Assembly (NCBI RefSeq): GCF_009834535.1
Contig: NC_045697.1
Coordinates: forward strand, 86,802,001 to 86,866,000
Length of the DNA stretch: 64,000 nt
From: Camelus ferus
Lineage: Eukaryota
Direction: 5' to 3'
Under the pieces are notes generated by a model. It did not search any database, had not been told where the DNA came from, and worked only from the letters and a program-made list of their open reading frames with translations. This document shows positions 38,621-51,939 of the stretch, piece after piece; the stretch's first letter is position 1, and each line of letters starts with the position of its first letter. Made by a program: the position numbers and the translations under genes.

Positions 38621-40852
38621 TAAAGAAACTTGGCAAATGAGCACAAAGAAATAATAAATGGGAGCTAAAAACATAGATCAAAGAGACAACTGTGTTGTAA
38701 TAGTATGAAGAGTTTCATGCTGGCTGGATAACTGCCTTACTTCCCTGTCTCTCTTTGACTCTGATAAAGGAGTTGATGAATGACATGGATTTTAACAGGT
38801 TACTCAGTGCTTTCAAAAGAAGTGTCCTAATAATGATCACATGTGTGTCTCTATTTAATTTCTAACTATAAAAAAAGATGCTTATTTGCCATATTATATG
38901 TAATAAATATATATATTATTTATGTAGAATACACATGTATAAATATATAAATAAAATTCCAAGATCCTTTTTATATAGAACCGCTCCTAGGGAGTAGAAA
39001 TTAAGATTGTGGCCGTCAGAAGTCAAACAGCCTGATACACAGAAATGTTCAGTCTTTCCTTTGAAGGTGGCAACAACCTTAAACCCAAGCCTTCCCATGT
39101 GGATTATGTGTGCTGCCCAACAGTATGGCATGGACACAGTCTCTCCTTCCTTCCAAAAGGGAGGCATTTTAATGATTTCTTGATGTTTCATGCCAAAGTT
39201 AATGGTAGCTCATCCAAAGAAAGATCTTATTTGAATTTGAGAGGAATGCTCTAAAAATTCAATCTTTGAGATGAAATAATAAAGCTCTAAGGCAGGAGGG
39301 ACTGGAGAACTGTTCAACTGCCCCATGTTGACTCTTGCTCAGAGAACTTCCTCGTTCCCTAGATAGTGCAGGGAATCTGCATAGCGATCATTGGACGGGT
39401 ATTTCTTCGCTTACTGCTCAGAGAGCCACCTGTATGTATGAGATTATTCATAACTAGTCACATGTATTCATTTAAAAATATTTTTCCGGTTCCTGCTGGG
39501 TTAGAGAGGCACTGCATTACAGTGGAAAGAATAAGGAACGGATAGACTGACAGACATGGAAAGGGGGAGCGAGGGACAGCAAAGGGGAAATGGATTCATT
39601 ATGACACACAAGTGTAAAATTCCCTAGTTAAGACCAATGCAGCATTAAAAATATGTATGTAAAGGTATGGTTTGGTACTTTTCCATTAATTTTTCAAAGG
39701 TCTTGACCTCCTAAAGAAAAATTTCTGACTAAAAGGGGTTTTCCTTACCACACAGTTCCTTCTTCTGCTGGGACCTACAGTGAAATGCGATCCTATATTT
39801 GGCCTTCAGACAGTTGCCGTGGAAATGAGAGCGGCAAACACTTTCAGCTTTCTGGCTTCACTGTGGGATCCAGCGTAGGACATGATTAAGCTGTCAGAGA
39901 ACCTCCTGAAGTCAAGTTTTACCTGATAACTAAGAGTTTCCAGAAAAATGGTGACACATACGGGAAGGAAAATAGATTGCTTAACTCACTCTGAAAAATC
40001 CCTTTTGATTCATAGACTGTCTACACAATTGAAACGTAAGAAACCATCTCTTTCTCTCATCAGCCTCTTCTTAATTCACAGACGAGTACCTTGGGGGGCA
40101 AATAAAACTTCCTTGGGCTTGCGTGAGAAGGAATCGCATTAACAAAAGGAAAATAGAGCTCCTGGATGCTGAAGAAATGAGAGAGCAAGATGCTAAGTTA
40201 GGAGAGAGGCAGTGACAAAGTGAATGAGAGGGAGGGGTTCAAATGCTGTTTAAGCCATTTTTAAGGAAAATTAAATATCCTATTTGCAAAAACAGATGGC
40301 GCTGTGGATGTCAGAGAACACTGGCTTTTCACAGCTGGAACCAGAGATGATTGGGAGCTTGAGGGGGGCTATATGGCAATGGACTTGAAACTCTTTGTTC
40401 CACTTGTCCCCAGCAAACCAGACCTGGCTTCTCTGGGAAAGCACTAGCCATCACTTTGAATCCATTGAGTTGTTCTACTCCACATCACTGGCCTCTAATG
40501 AAGCTCTATTGGATTGAGTACGGTCAATGGTTTTTATATTAGGATTAAAGAGAACAGACCACTCTATGTAGTACTATGGCTACAAGCAAAAGAACTGATT
40601 GGCAGAAGCCAATACTTAGACAGCTACTTGGAAGAAGACTTCTCAGATATTGATGGACAAGCAAAAAGAAGTTGCATTTTGAAAAGATCATACCCTCTAT
40701 CTTCCATTTGGGATTGTTTAGTTCTTCTAGTTAAAAATACCCCTTCTTCTGTATACTTGCTGGAGCATCTGTAAATTATTACAACCACTTTGGAAATTAA
40801 TTTGGAAATACCTAGAAAAGTTGAAGATACAGATTTCACATAGCCCACCACT

Positions 40853-41197
40853 AGGACTGGACTGAATTATGTCCTAAAATGCAGATGTTGAAGCCTTAAC
40901 CCACATAAGACTGTATCTGGAGATAGGACCCTTAGTATGTAATTAAGTTTAAATGAGATCATAAGGATGGGGCCCTAAACTGGTATGATGAGAACTCTCT
41001 CTCCCCTCTGCCTTGTGAGAACATAGCTAGAAGGTGACCATCTACAATCCAGGAAAAGAGTTTTCACCAGAATCCAACCATGCTGACACTCTGATGTTGG
41101 ACTTCCAGCCTCTAGAACTGTGAAAAAAATGATTTTTTGTTGTTTAAACCACCAGTCTATGGTATTTTATTATGGCAGCTGAAGCTGATGAAGACAG
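40853..41197 (+). mobile_element. MLT1A-like MaLR LTR
   Basis: ggactgaattatgtcc...gttgaagccttaaccc...ggacttccagcctctagaactgtg...gatgaagaca. Confidence 0.8.
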
Positions 41198-44100
41198 TGG
41201 CTATCCTAGAAAAGTTCTTACGCATATTCATGAAAGAAATGTAAGTCAGGATGTTCATTATAGTGTTATGCCTAATAGTAAAAATATGGAAACAATCAGA
41301 CTTCCTATAGAGAGATAAACTGTTTACATAACAGAATTCTATAGAGCAGTTGAAATGAAAGAACAATGTTAACATATGTCAATGTAAATAAATCTCCACA
41401 ATATAATGTCAAGTGAAAAATCAAGCTGTCAAAGGATATTTATACATGCTATCATGTAATATTTGAAGTACCCAAAACAATATTTTATAATTTTAGGGGT
41501 ACATACTTTTATGGTAAAAGCACAAACATATGCCTGGAAATGATACACACCAACTACTTCTGAGAAGAGAGAGAAAAATGATCCTGGAGGCAAGGGTGTG
41601 GCTTGTGCTATATCTGTAATGTTTTATTTTTTTGATATGAAATGAGATCTGTGCCAATGTCAGCAGATTGTTCTCCATCTTTTAAATCTGGGCTGTAACT
41701 GCATGGTACCAATTAATTAATTTTCTATAGGTTTTACGTATTTCACAAATAAAATGTTTTCCCTTATCATATGGGTTTCCAGCAGTCCAGTAGTACTTTT
41801 CAGACAGATAATTTCCTTATCCACCTTTTATATAGGCTGCAATAGAAAACCCAGAGAAGTTCGTGACATGGCCAAAGTATCCAATCTAATTAAACGGTGA
41901 CTTGAGGATTAGAAATTAGTTGTCTTTTTCCACAACGCACTCTGTATGTCTGTTAATTATATGCTATAGAGACAATGATTCCAACTTTATCATAAGCCAG
42001 AAATAATCCAAATCATGTCCAATGTGGAAAAGCACATTACAACATTCTGCATCTTTCCTATTCCCCAAATCATACGTCACGGTCGTCATGTTACCTATTT
42101 TACTTACTCACAGGCATCTGCTCTACTTAGGAGCATTTAGATTTTCTAGTTTTGAAAAAAAGGATGCAAGGAAGCAAGACTACTGATCTAGAAATTTTCT
42201 GAAACTATTTAAAAGTTGGCAGAAGCTTTAAAATGGAGATTTTACTGATTATAATTAATACTGGCTACAAGATTTTAATTAGGACATTTAAATTCTTTGC
42301 AAGATAGATATTTAGTACTGCTCAACATAGACTTACAACATGAGAACTAGTAGTCATTTGAACTGAATTTCCAAATTAATCTAAATAATTGAATTTTGAA
42401 AAAATAGATGACATGAAGGATTCCACAATATAATACTGAAACAATAAGTAGAAAATATTCAGGGACATCAAGAACAAGTTTTGTTTCTGCAGCACCTCAC
42501 ATATCCAGATTTTAAAAAAAGAATTGTTTAGCAGATCCTCTTTATTATGTTTTACATAATTAGGGCAAAGAATTTTGGCTACATTAATTAGGTAGTGTCA
42601 ACCCATTTCAGACACTTGATGGTATTCTTCAACCTACACTTCATGAAACATAAATAAGTAAATAAAAAGGACTTGAAGGAGGACTGAACTTATTTTGAGA
42701 AATAATGACTAAATATGCAACTTATTCATAGTTTCATACTACATATTTACCAAAAATACACAGTTGTGGGGAAAGGCAGTATTATTCATACACAGTGGCT
42801 GGTGTGAGCGCACACGCACACGCACACGCACACACACCACAAGCCTAGCCAGTCGTAGGTAAGAAAATGGTCTCTACTCTTGCTCAAATCAGATTACTGT
42901 CTTCTTCATTATCGGGATTTTTCTGACTCTCCGAAGTGTGTCCTACAATATTGTCATCTGTTGCTTCCATTGCTTCCATCATCAGAGCCTTATTTCTATT
43001 TCTGGAAAACACACACACACACACACACATAGTTTAGCCTCCTGATTGTTCAAAATTTAGTTTAAATTCTATCTTGATAATTAATATTCCTGAAACTTTC
43101 TCTCCTTTCAACGTGCGTGTGTGTGCTCTGTGCCCTCTGGCCGGATGCCTCTGTGACATTCCCCTGCTGAATTGATGGAAAGGATGTTCTGACTTAGTCC
43201 ATTGGGCAGGAAGAGTGCCCTTTTGATTGGGTCACCAGTGAAAACATGACAACTGTGGTCCTTCTTCCGTCCCATGATTCAACACTCCTCAGGGCGCCAT
43301 AGTGCAAGGGCGACTAGTCAGTGACAGTATGGGGTTGCTACTCTCATTTACAGGTTTTATTTCATAATTTTATATGGTTTGATATTTGATTTATCCACGA
43401 TATATTTCTAAGAGAAGTAAAAGGTACTTACATATTTCTAATAAAGACAGAAATAATGGAATAAGTGCACCTATGTATTTTTCCAACAGCTTAAAATTAA
43501 AGGACCTTATTCCAGAACATGATTTATTTTGATTGTTTCTTTGTTTATATAGTTAGTTCTTTTGAATGCCACTTTTTCCCAAATTGAGTGTTATAAAACT
43601 GTGTTAATTCTTTTGTTAAGTGTGAAGAAAAAAACTCAATTAAACTGGAGCTAGAAAAAATTAAATGTTTTATTTTTGAAGATTTCAGAGCCTATATGTG
43701 ACTATTCATTACACAACCTAAGAGAGTGTAATGGTGTAACAATGGCTAAAGTGTATGGTGTAACACCCTTCCCTTTTGATGTCATATTGTAGAATGCTTA
43801 TTAATATTATGTGGACACTGTATTTATAAATACTTAGGCAGGTTGTATAAACTTGGACTTATATTTCTAATTCATTTTTATAATAGCTTCCTAACCTAGT
43901 TTTAAATGCAATTGAATTTTTTTACTTCTTTTTATTTAAATTATAAAATTTATGTTCATAAAAATTCAAACAATACATAGATATGGTGTATAAAAAACAA
44001 ATATCTTCACCCTCTCCCAAATCACACTCTCCTCTCTCAGAAGTGACCACTGTCAACAGTTTATTGAGTCCCATTTTAGTCATTTTTGCATGAAATAATT

Positions 44101-44470
44101 AAATTCTTACCTCATATAGTAGGAGGAAAATGTCAAACATCTTCAAAATAGGGTTGGAGGGGAAAAAAAGTCTTTTAAAAAAACACCTTCAAATAATATA
44201 TTTTCCCCTGACAATTCCATGGCTTACATTTTGAACAATGTCAGATTTGGTTTTAAGCTAAACTGTTGAATTTTCATTAACCTAACTAATTAGTTACCAA
44301 GGAAGTGGGTTAAAGAATAACACAATTTCTATAAATATTTTCCCCAAATTGTGCTAGATAAATTACGTCTTTAACTTTGAGCTTTCTTTAAATCCTTCTA
44401 ATTTAGGTCAAACTATCGGAACAAGCATAAACCAAACCACACCGGCACTCACTAAACTGAGACAAGACCT

Positions 44471-44489
44471 CAACGCCCTCTAGTGGAGC
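44471..44489 (-). promoter_or_regulatory. Candidate CTCF binding site
   Basis: Minus strand GCTCCACTAGAGGGCGTTG matches the CTCF core (CCAC/GYAGRKGGC) within a small CpG-rich patch. Confidence 0.65.
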
Positions 44490-44929
44490 GACCACCGTGC
44501 GCCGTCACGTGTGACCAGCCCTCTGATTGCATGGGTAAGCTGAAGTCATACAAGCTCTTAACGTTAGTGTCTTACTTCCTTCTTTTGTTCATTTAACAGA
44601 TACTTAAACTTGCACTTAAAATTTTCTGTTTGAAATGAACCATCACCAAGAACACAAGGGAAAATTACTGAGTGGGAAATTCTCACATATGAAATATTCG
44701 GTAATAATTTTTATCACTTGAATTAGTCTCTGATCTTCCAAGTTACCTGCTTGTCTTGACTGCCTACTCTGGGCCATATCATGACTCTCTTCTGTTGAAT
44801 CTACAAAGACTTAAATCTGTTCCTTTGTTTAAAAAATATATCTTTTTCTTTGGTTTCATTTCTCCAGATCTATTACTTCCCTTGAGTATTCCTTCACTTG
44901 CTTTTCTGAACAACAAAAATAACTATAAT

Positions 44930-46900
44930 TTCAACAGAAATTATGGAAATCAGAACATAATGGAATGGCATTAAAATGCTACAAGAACAAAAAGACCTTC
45001 CTACCTTCTCACCTAGAATTCTGTCCACAGTAAAAATACTGTTCAAAAAAAGAAGGCAAAAATTAAGGCCTTTTCAGACAAACAAAAGCTGAGTTTCTCA
45101 CCAGTAGATCTTTCCCACACGAATACTAGAGTTATTTAGGCTGAAGAAAATGATCCCAGATGGAACCACTGGCTTGCATAAAGGAATGAAAAGCACCAGA
45201 AAGGTAGTGAGTCATTTAAATCAATATAGACTGTTTCATAAAAGACTAATAATAATAATAAAATCTTCTAAGGGTTTGAATATACAGAGAAGTAAAATAT
45301 ATGATAACAGCACGATAAATGAGAGAGATGAATGGAATTAAACTGTTGTAAAATTCATCTATTTGGGGAATTGGTAAAAGTACCAATCAGAGGTAAACTG
45401 TAATAAACCTAGGATGCATGTTGTGTTCTATTGTTACTTAACAAGCTACCCACAAAATTTACCGGTTTAAAACAGTCACAGCATTTATTTAGCTTACAAA
45501 TCTGCAGTTTAGACAGGGCTCAATGAGGACATCCTGCCTTTACTCAGCATCAGCTAGGAAGGCTCAAAGGCTGGACACTGGAACTGTCTGAAGGCTTACC
45601 TGTCTGCTTAGCTGATGCTATTGGTTGGAACCTCCATGAGGCTATGCGAGAGTGCCTGCATGTGATTGTTCCATGAGGCTGCCTGACATGGCATGTGGCT
45701 GGGTTGGATGCTCAGAAAGAGGGCCAGACAGCAGCTATATCACCTTTTCTCGTCTGTCTTCAGAAGTCATGCAGTGTCGGTTCCATTACATTCTGTTGGT
45801 TAGAAGCAAGTCACTAGGGACAACCCGTATTAAAAGGGAGGGAAACTAAGTCTCTTCCTGTTGGTGAGAGGGATGTCAAAGAAGTTGTGGACATGTTTAA
45901 AACGCAGAAGTTTCCAACAATTTTCAAGTAATTGTTATTATACAGATGATATTCTCTGACAACAACGCAATTCAGTTATAAATCATTATCAAAGAGCAGC
46001 TTTTAAAAACTCCTCCTATGTTTGGATGATAAAGAACACACATTAATTAATGACCCATTGGTCAAATAATAAATCAATGAAAATTTAAAACTATTTAGGC
46101 TGAAATCACAGTAAACCTAATGCCTGTTAAAATGTATACTTAATTGAAAGTACCTTTGTGTATAAAGAGCTTCTACAAGTCAATATGTTTTAAAAACCCA
46201 ACAGAAAAATAGGCACATGACATGGATAGACAATACACAGAAGGGAAAAAATAGATCTTAAATGTGAAAAGACACTCAATGCCTCTTATAAGAGAAGTGA
46301 ACATTAATACTACAATGAGATATGACTCGCAACTTGTTAGATTAGCAGAAATCAAAAAGTTTGGTAATATTTTATCAAAAAATAGGTATTTTCATATACT
46401 ATTAAGAATATACTCAGGCAAAAATATTTTTAGAAGAAAAACCTATCAAAATTAAAAGTGTTTAAATTAAAATTATATTTCACTTATAAGAATTAATTCT
46501 ACAAATTTATCTGTACAGAGACATATGCATAAGGATATTAAGGAAAAGATTAGAAAATGTCTACCAATAGAAAACTTAAGTAAAATATAATCAACACAGT
46601 GGGGTGTTATATAGCCACTAGAATGAGTCATTTTATTCGTATTGCTCTGGAGCTATTTCTAAAATACATTATGTGAAAAATTAATATATACAATGTATGT
46701 AGTGTGCTATCACTTGTGGAAAAAATCTATTCCATATCTGTGTGCATATATATAAGCATTGTCTGCAATGATTCACAAGAAACTGTTAAAAATAATTGTC
46801 TATGAGGAGAAGTGGGGTTTGAATTGTAAGGAGACTTATTTAGAACTCTTTGAATTTGTTCACATGTATTTTTAAGTGTATTACCCACATAAAATATAAA
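44930..46900 (+). mobile_element. Very old fragmented LINE-1 with an embedded MaLR LTR (~45430-45900)
   Basis: L1 ORF1-end-like sequence (ttttcagacaaacaaaagctgag) and degraded ORF2/3' segments. Confidence 0.55.
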
Positions 46901-48578
46901 TCTTTTAACAACTTAAAGGCTACAGCTTTCACATGTGAAGCCTGTTTAGTAGGGATATTTTGCTTTAGTCTAGGAGGAAATGCTAAATAATTGGGAATCA
47001 AAAATACTGTGAGACACTTACAGACATTCCTGAGCGTATGCCAATCTAGTTTCAAACAACAAAAAAATCTCTCTTGTGTTGACAAAACAAAAAACGTGTC
47101 TTCATTTCAGTTGAGCTAAAAAATCATCAGATGGGGCAAGTAAAGTTACATTTTCTATAAGCCATTCTTGCTCCAAAGACCATTACTTGATTTTAGGAAG
47201 AGTTTGTGTTCAGCAAGTGGCATCAGTTGTCTATTATCAGGAGCAGAAGTCTGAGCACATCTGCTCACTGCATTGTGATATCAGAGTTGCTAAGGAAAAG
47301 GCAATGCAGTTAAACTGGCTGGAATGATGCTTTACTCACATAGAGAAGAGACAGAGCAATATCAGCTTCAGTAGTGAGCATCAGTTTCCTATGGCTAACG
47401 AGTCCCTGTCAGAAACCAACACAGAGCAATTGGCCTGCACACACCCTTCTTGTGCAGCAGGACCCCGATCTCTCCCCAAAGGGTACAGACATAGCAGTGA
47501 GTGGGGTTAGCCAGGTGCCGTATGACCCATGTACTTAAGGAGAACAAAGAGGTACATATTGAGTCTGAAACAGGGAGAAATATTCAGACAAGGTGGCAAG
47601 TCCAGCACAAGCTGTAAGGGTGCTATCTCTTAGTGAAGAAGTGTTCCAGAACCAAGGCCCATTCTTATGCGGCCCCATGGGGGTCAAAAGAATGCATGCA
47701 GGAGACTGCTTTTCTAAGTTTGTTCTTTTATAAAAAACAAAGAAAGTTAAATTACAAGAGGATCATAGAATTACATGAGTTAGAAAATACACAATTTTCC
47801 TCAGAGTTTTTATCCTCAGGGAAACAGCATAACGAGACTAACAGTACAACACTAGAATCCATTTTTATTTATCATCGATGGGTAACTGAGAAATTTTTAA
47901 ATTTAAGTTCTCTGAACTTTAGTTTTCTCATATGTAGTAAGATGGAGCTGATACTACCAGCTTCCAAGTTGTAATGCAGTAACTGAGTTAACATATGTAA
48001 GATGCCTCACGCCTATCCTAGGACATAGGTATTAAAGAAATACTAACTTCCAGGGTCAAACTTATAGAGAAATCTGGGTGATAAAAGTGCTGCTTTGAAT
48101 TTTTTATAAGAAGAAAATTAGCAAATAATGTAGTTGCCAAACAGTTTTAATACTTTACATATCTGAATAATTTGTTAAAAAGCAAATATTCATCAGTTTT
48201 TAAAGTTGCACAAAAGGAAAACAATAGGGAAAGTAATGGCTTGCTTTCTTGCCAGATTCATTTGATGTGGGGCCAATTTCCTTAAGTAAAAAAAAAAAAA
48301 TCTAAGTTTTTGGACCCTAGAGCTCTAAAAAAGGCAGTTGAAATTAATACTGTTCTTGGATTCATGGTTCAAGAAAGTCGTTACATTTCCTTTGTTTCTT
48401 GATGCTATATATTTAACAACATATTGGTAGAAATATGTAATTTCTCACATAGATTAGACATTAAGAGACCAGTTTGTGCATATAAACTAAAAACTGAAAA
48501 TGAGTACATTCAAATATTATGGAACTAGAACAAACACAAAATTTGTTAGCAACTTTCCAGAAGGAACAAAACACGGTA

Positions 48579-48668
48579 TTAATAAAGAGTGGTCTTTTTC
48601 ATCATTCTCAAAAATTCTTCCTCATTTATTTCTCCATCCCCATCATGATCAGCTTCATCAAGCATTTC
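48579..48668 (-). CDS. CETN4: Centrin-4 coding exon 5 (EF-hand 4 and stop)
   Basis: Acceptor ttttacAG, 90 nt = [29 protein letters not shown]. The five exons total 168 aa with all introns phase 0 and GT-AG. Confidence 0.95.
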   Translation of the reverse strand, partial: EMLDEADHDGDGEINEEEFLRMMKKTTLY

Positions 48669-48877
48669 CTGTAAAACAAAATGTAATTATGATATGTGAA
48701 ATCTATTAAAAAGGAATAATGATATAAATGAATACTCACATACTCAAAATCAAATTTTATTTTAAGTGTGTTTTTGAGTACAACTAAAGTAAGAATACAA
48801 CTATAAATTATATGTAAATTATAACTGTATATAAGCTATAATTATATATGTAAATTATAAAATTAAGTAAAATTTAC

Positions 48878-49015
48878 CTGAAGTTCATCATCTGTTAAAT
48901 TTTCCCCCAGTTCCTTAGCAACCCTCTTGATATTGTTTAGTGATATGCTTCCAGTGTCATCATCATCAAATAATTTGAAAGCCTTCAGTATTTCTTCTTT
49001 GTCATCTTTTTCACT
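48878..49015 (-). CDS. CETN4: Centrin-4 coding exon 4 (EF-hand 3)
   Basis: Acceptor tttttaaAG, 138 nt = [46 protein letters not shown], donor GTAAAT. Confidence 0.95.
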
Positions 49016-49642
49016 CTTTAAAAATAGAAACAATTAAATGTCATTAGTCTTTTATTTATTCATTTGGGCTGGATGTATAGATCTTTGAGGTCTAGAGCAG
49101 CAATATACCAGGTAGCTGAGCTCTGATTTTATTTACTGCTCTGATTTTTAACAATTCTTCGAGTGCATTCACATCCACCCTCAAGGTACTGAAACTCAGG
49201 GTTTACTGAAATGGAAGAGCCACAGGGTGATAAAGAGAATGTTATCTCTTATTAACCCCAGTATTTGAGATACCTTACCAAAAATGCAAGCTCCAAGACA
49301 ACACGGAGTTTGCCCATTCAGTGCTTCCTAGGATAGTGCCTGGCAAAACAGGCACTCAATAGATTGCGTGCTGATTTCGAGGCTTCAAAATGCTGGCCCC
49401 ATTCTCTCTATCCAGCCGTATATCCTTATTATTTCCTAACAGAAAACCTCTTCTCCACACTGATCAGTCTTCATTACTACCCTGAAAACATCTTGAATTT
49501 TGTTATTTCTATCTATATAAATCCCATCCATCTTTAAAGACCTAGTTCCAGTTCTTCTTCTATGGAACTTCCAATTGCTCCAGCCCCAAAACATGGAAGG
49601 CTATTGCTTATATTTCACTGAAAAACAAAATCACTACTATAC

Positions 49643-49771
49643 CATTTTTACACTCATTATGGCAAAAAAATCTTCAAAACTAATGGTGCCAACTCCTTCT
49701 TTGTCGATTTCAGCTATCATTTTTTTAATTTCTTCTTTCTTTGGTTCAAATCCTAAGGCCTGCATTGCAAT
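49643..49771 (-). CDS. CETN4: Centrin-4 coding exon 3 (EF-hand 2)
   Basis: Acceptor ctatttcAG, 129 nt = [43 protein letters not shown], donor GTATAG. Confidence 0.95.
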
Positions 49772-50158
49772 CTGAAATAGAAAGCCAATAAGTTATGCTA
49801 TGCCACAATCTCACTCCTAGCTTTTAAATTACCTGTTAATTACTAGAGTCTCTCTTTTTTACTATGGACTAGGCTTAAACATAGAAAGTAGAGTCAGCAG
49901 GCTTAGGTTCCAATCCTGCTGTGCCACAGGATGTCATGTCTCTTGCTGAGCTTTAGCCTAACTCATTCATAAAACAAGAAAAAAATGCTTAATGAGATAT
50001 TATTCTGTTAGTGCAAACCAGGCATATACACTAAAGGCATAGGTGTCTGCACTAAAGAGACATTATATCAAGCTTTCAGAAGGCTACTGATAAAGATTTA
50101 AAGATTATCACGAATCAACGATATGTTTTTTTAAATGTCTTAGAAGTAATTTCAGAAC

Positions 50159-50305
50159 CTTCAATTCTTTCACATCTATGGTTCCAGACCCATCAACATC
50201 AAATAAATCAAAGGCCTCTTTAATTTCTTGCTTTTGGGTTTCATTCAATTCAATTTTTGCTGCTCTTTTCTTCCATTGGTCTGAAATTGTGCGGTAGCTG
50301 GATGC
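50159..50305 (-). CDS. CETN4: Centrin-4 coding exon 2 (N-terminus and EF-hand 1)
   Basis: Acceptor ttattacAG, 147 nt = [49 protein letters not shown], donor GTTCTG. Contained in ORF 50108..50470. Confidence 0.95.
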
Positions 50306-51497
50306 CTGTAATAAATAAACATGTGGGTGAAAGATAAACTGGGTAACTGAAAAAGGTGCCACAACTGGAAGAATTGAACTAATTAAATGTAATAAATAAA
50401 CATATTCAAGTATCTCATTCCCTATCATATAGTAAACCTCAAGAATTCCCCCCTTTCCTTTTGCTAACATTTGTGCTTTCAGTTGATATCCTGGTGGAAA
50501 GCCTGGTTCTTTTTTACCACTTAGGTTTTTCCTTCAAATTAGTTCTTTTTGAGAGGGAGAAGAGGCAAAGGAAGATATGCTAGAACAGTAGATGTTATGT
50601 CAGAAAACAATTGGCCTTACTTGGTTTATCTGAAAAGCAGTGTTTAAGGCATATTTACTTTCATCTACGCCTGTATACCTCATAGTAAAATTTGTTTAGT
50701 GAGATATGGTTGATCGGGACATAATACCCTTTTCCACCGTCTCTCAAGTCTCTTGCAGAGACTGAGAAATAAAAAAAATTTCCTGGAGAGGCATTACTCT
50801 GGGCATCTAGCTAAGAATAAATGTTGGACCAATGATCAGTATCCAGGGAAGATGGAGGGCATCTTCCTAATATTTGCCATTTTTCTGCTGACAAGCAAGG
50901 TCACAGAGTTACTCCTGGGGTTCTTCTGCAGCTCATTTCAGTATCTTGTCTCCAGCTTTGGGTTAAGAAGCACTGGTGGCAGAGACTCCACCACGTTCCT
51001 GTGTATGTGGACACCAGCTTCACATATATTAAGAGTTGGTTGTGGTGGCAGCAGATTCTTGATCCCTAGACCTCAGTACACTGGTGTGGTCCTCGACAGT
51101 TCCAGTGGCAGAGCTCGTAGCTCCCTCCCCTGGCCAGTTTTTCAGAGTTCTGGATCTTTCCTAGAGGCCCCAACAGTTTTAAAGCATCTTATTCTCTGTA
51201 CTTAATTCAAACCTGGCTGAAGAAGGGTTTCCGTTTCCGACACAGAATCTATCGTAAACTGGTATCAGCTGTTAATAGGGTTGGAGAGGGAAAAAGGGGG
51301 CTGGAGAACCGCCTTTCTGTCCCTAGAGTCACGGAAGATGCGCTTCTATTTGGCGACGAGAGGAGGGGTTATTATTGACAGTCGAGGATCATGGAAAGGG
51401 GCGAATAATACATTTCATAAACTAAACAAAATTCCTTTCCTGCTCCGGGGAGAAACTTCAGCCCTAGCTCCAGCCAGAAGTGCAGCTTCGCACTCAC

Positions 51498-51500
51498 CAT
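51498..51500 (-). CDS. CETN4: Centrin-4 coding exon 1 (start codon only; 5' UTR extends to higher coordinates)
   Basis: Minus strand reads GGGGAC-ATG|GTGAGT: an ATG followed directly by a consensus splice donor inside the CpG island. It joins in phase 0 to exon 2, giving MASSYRT... Confidence 0.85.
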
Positions 51501-51779
51501 GTCCCCAACCGGCGCCGTCAGCCGGGACCTCCCGGCTTCAACCGCCCAGCTCGCTACTCAACACTTCACGGCAATAGCCGTTGCTAAGGACTCTCTCGCC
51601 TTCCCGTGCAGCTCCAGTCACCCACTGATTGACGGCCCTTCTACCCAATGGTCAGAAAAGAAGACGCTTGAGGCCCGCCCCCCCATTCTCTCTAGTCTCT
51701 ACCAATAGCGTAACTCTCCGCCTTTCCCCGCCTACCAATAGGCGGAAGTTTCCGCCTGGTTTCTTAGCGACCAGCCTAC

Positions 51780-51939
51780 CCGCCCATCCAGCTCGCCCCG
51801 TTTTGCACTTGCGCAAAGTGCGGGCCGGGAAGTGGGGGTCTTCGCCTGGGTGCTTGGGCATCCTAGTGCCAGCGGGAACCTGGCCTGGCGGTGTGAGCCG
51901 GGGACCGGACCCTCCCGGAAGGATGGAGAAAAGAGCGAG
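51780..51939 (+). other. BBS12: Candidate non-coding first exon of BBS12
   Basis: Downstream of the promoter motifs and ends at a good donor GAG|GTTAGT (GT at 51940); alternative donor GTGAGC at 51893. The start coordinate is only an estimate. Confidence 0.5.

Noticed and set aside
48800..48862. AT-rich tandem duplication in CETN4 intron 4
   Set aside because: Low-complexity slippage with no sign of function.
50108..50470. 120-aa single-exon EF-hand protein
   Set aside because: Only 50159-50305 is centrin-like and it is bounded by splice sites; the rest is intron.
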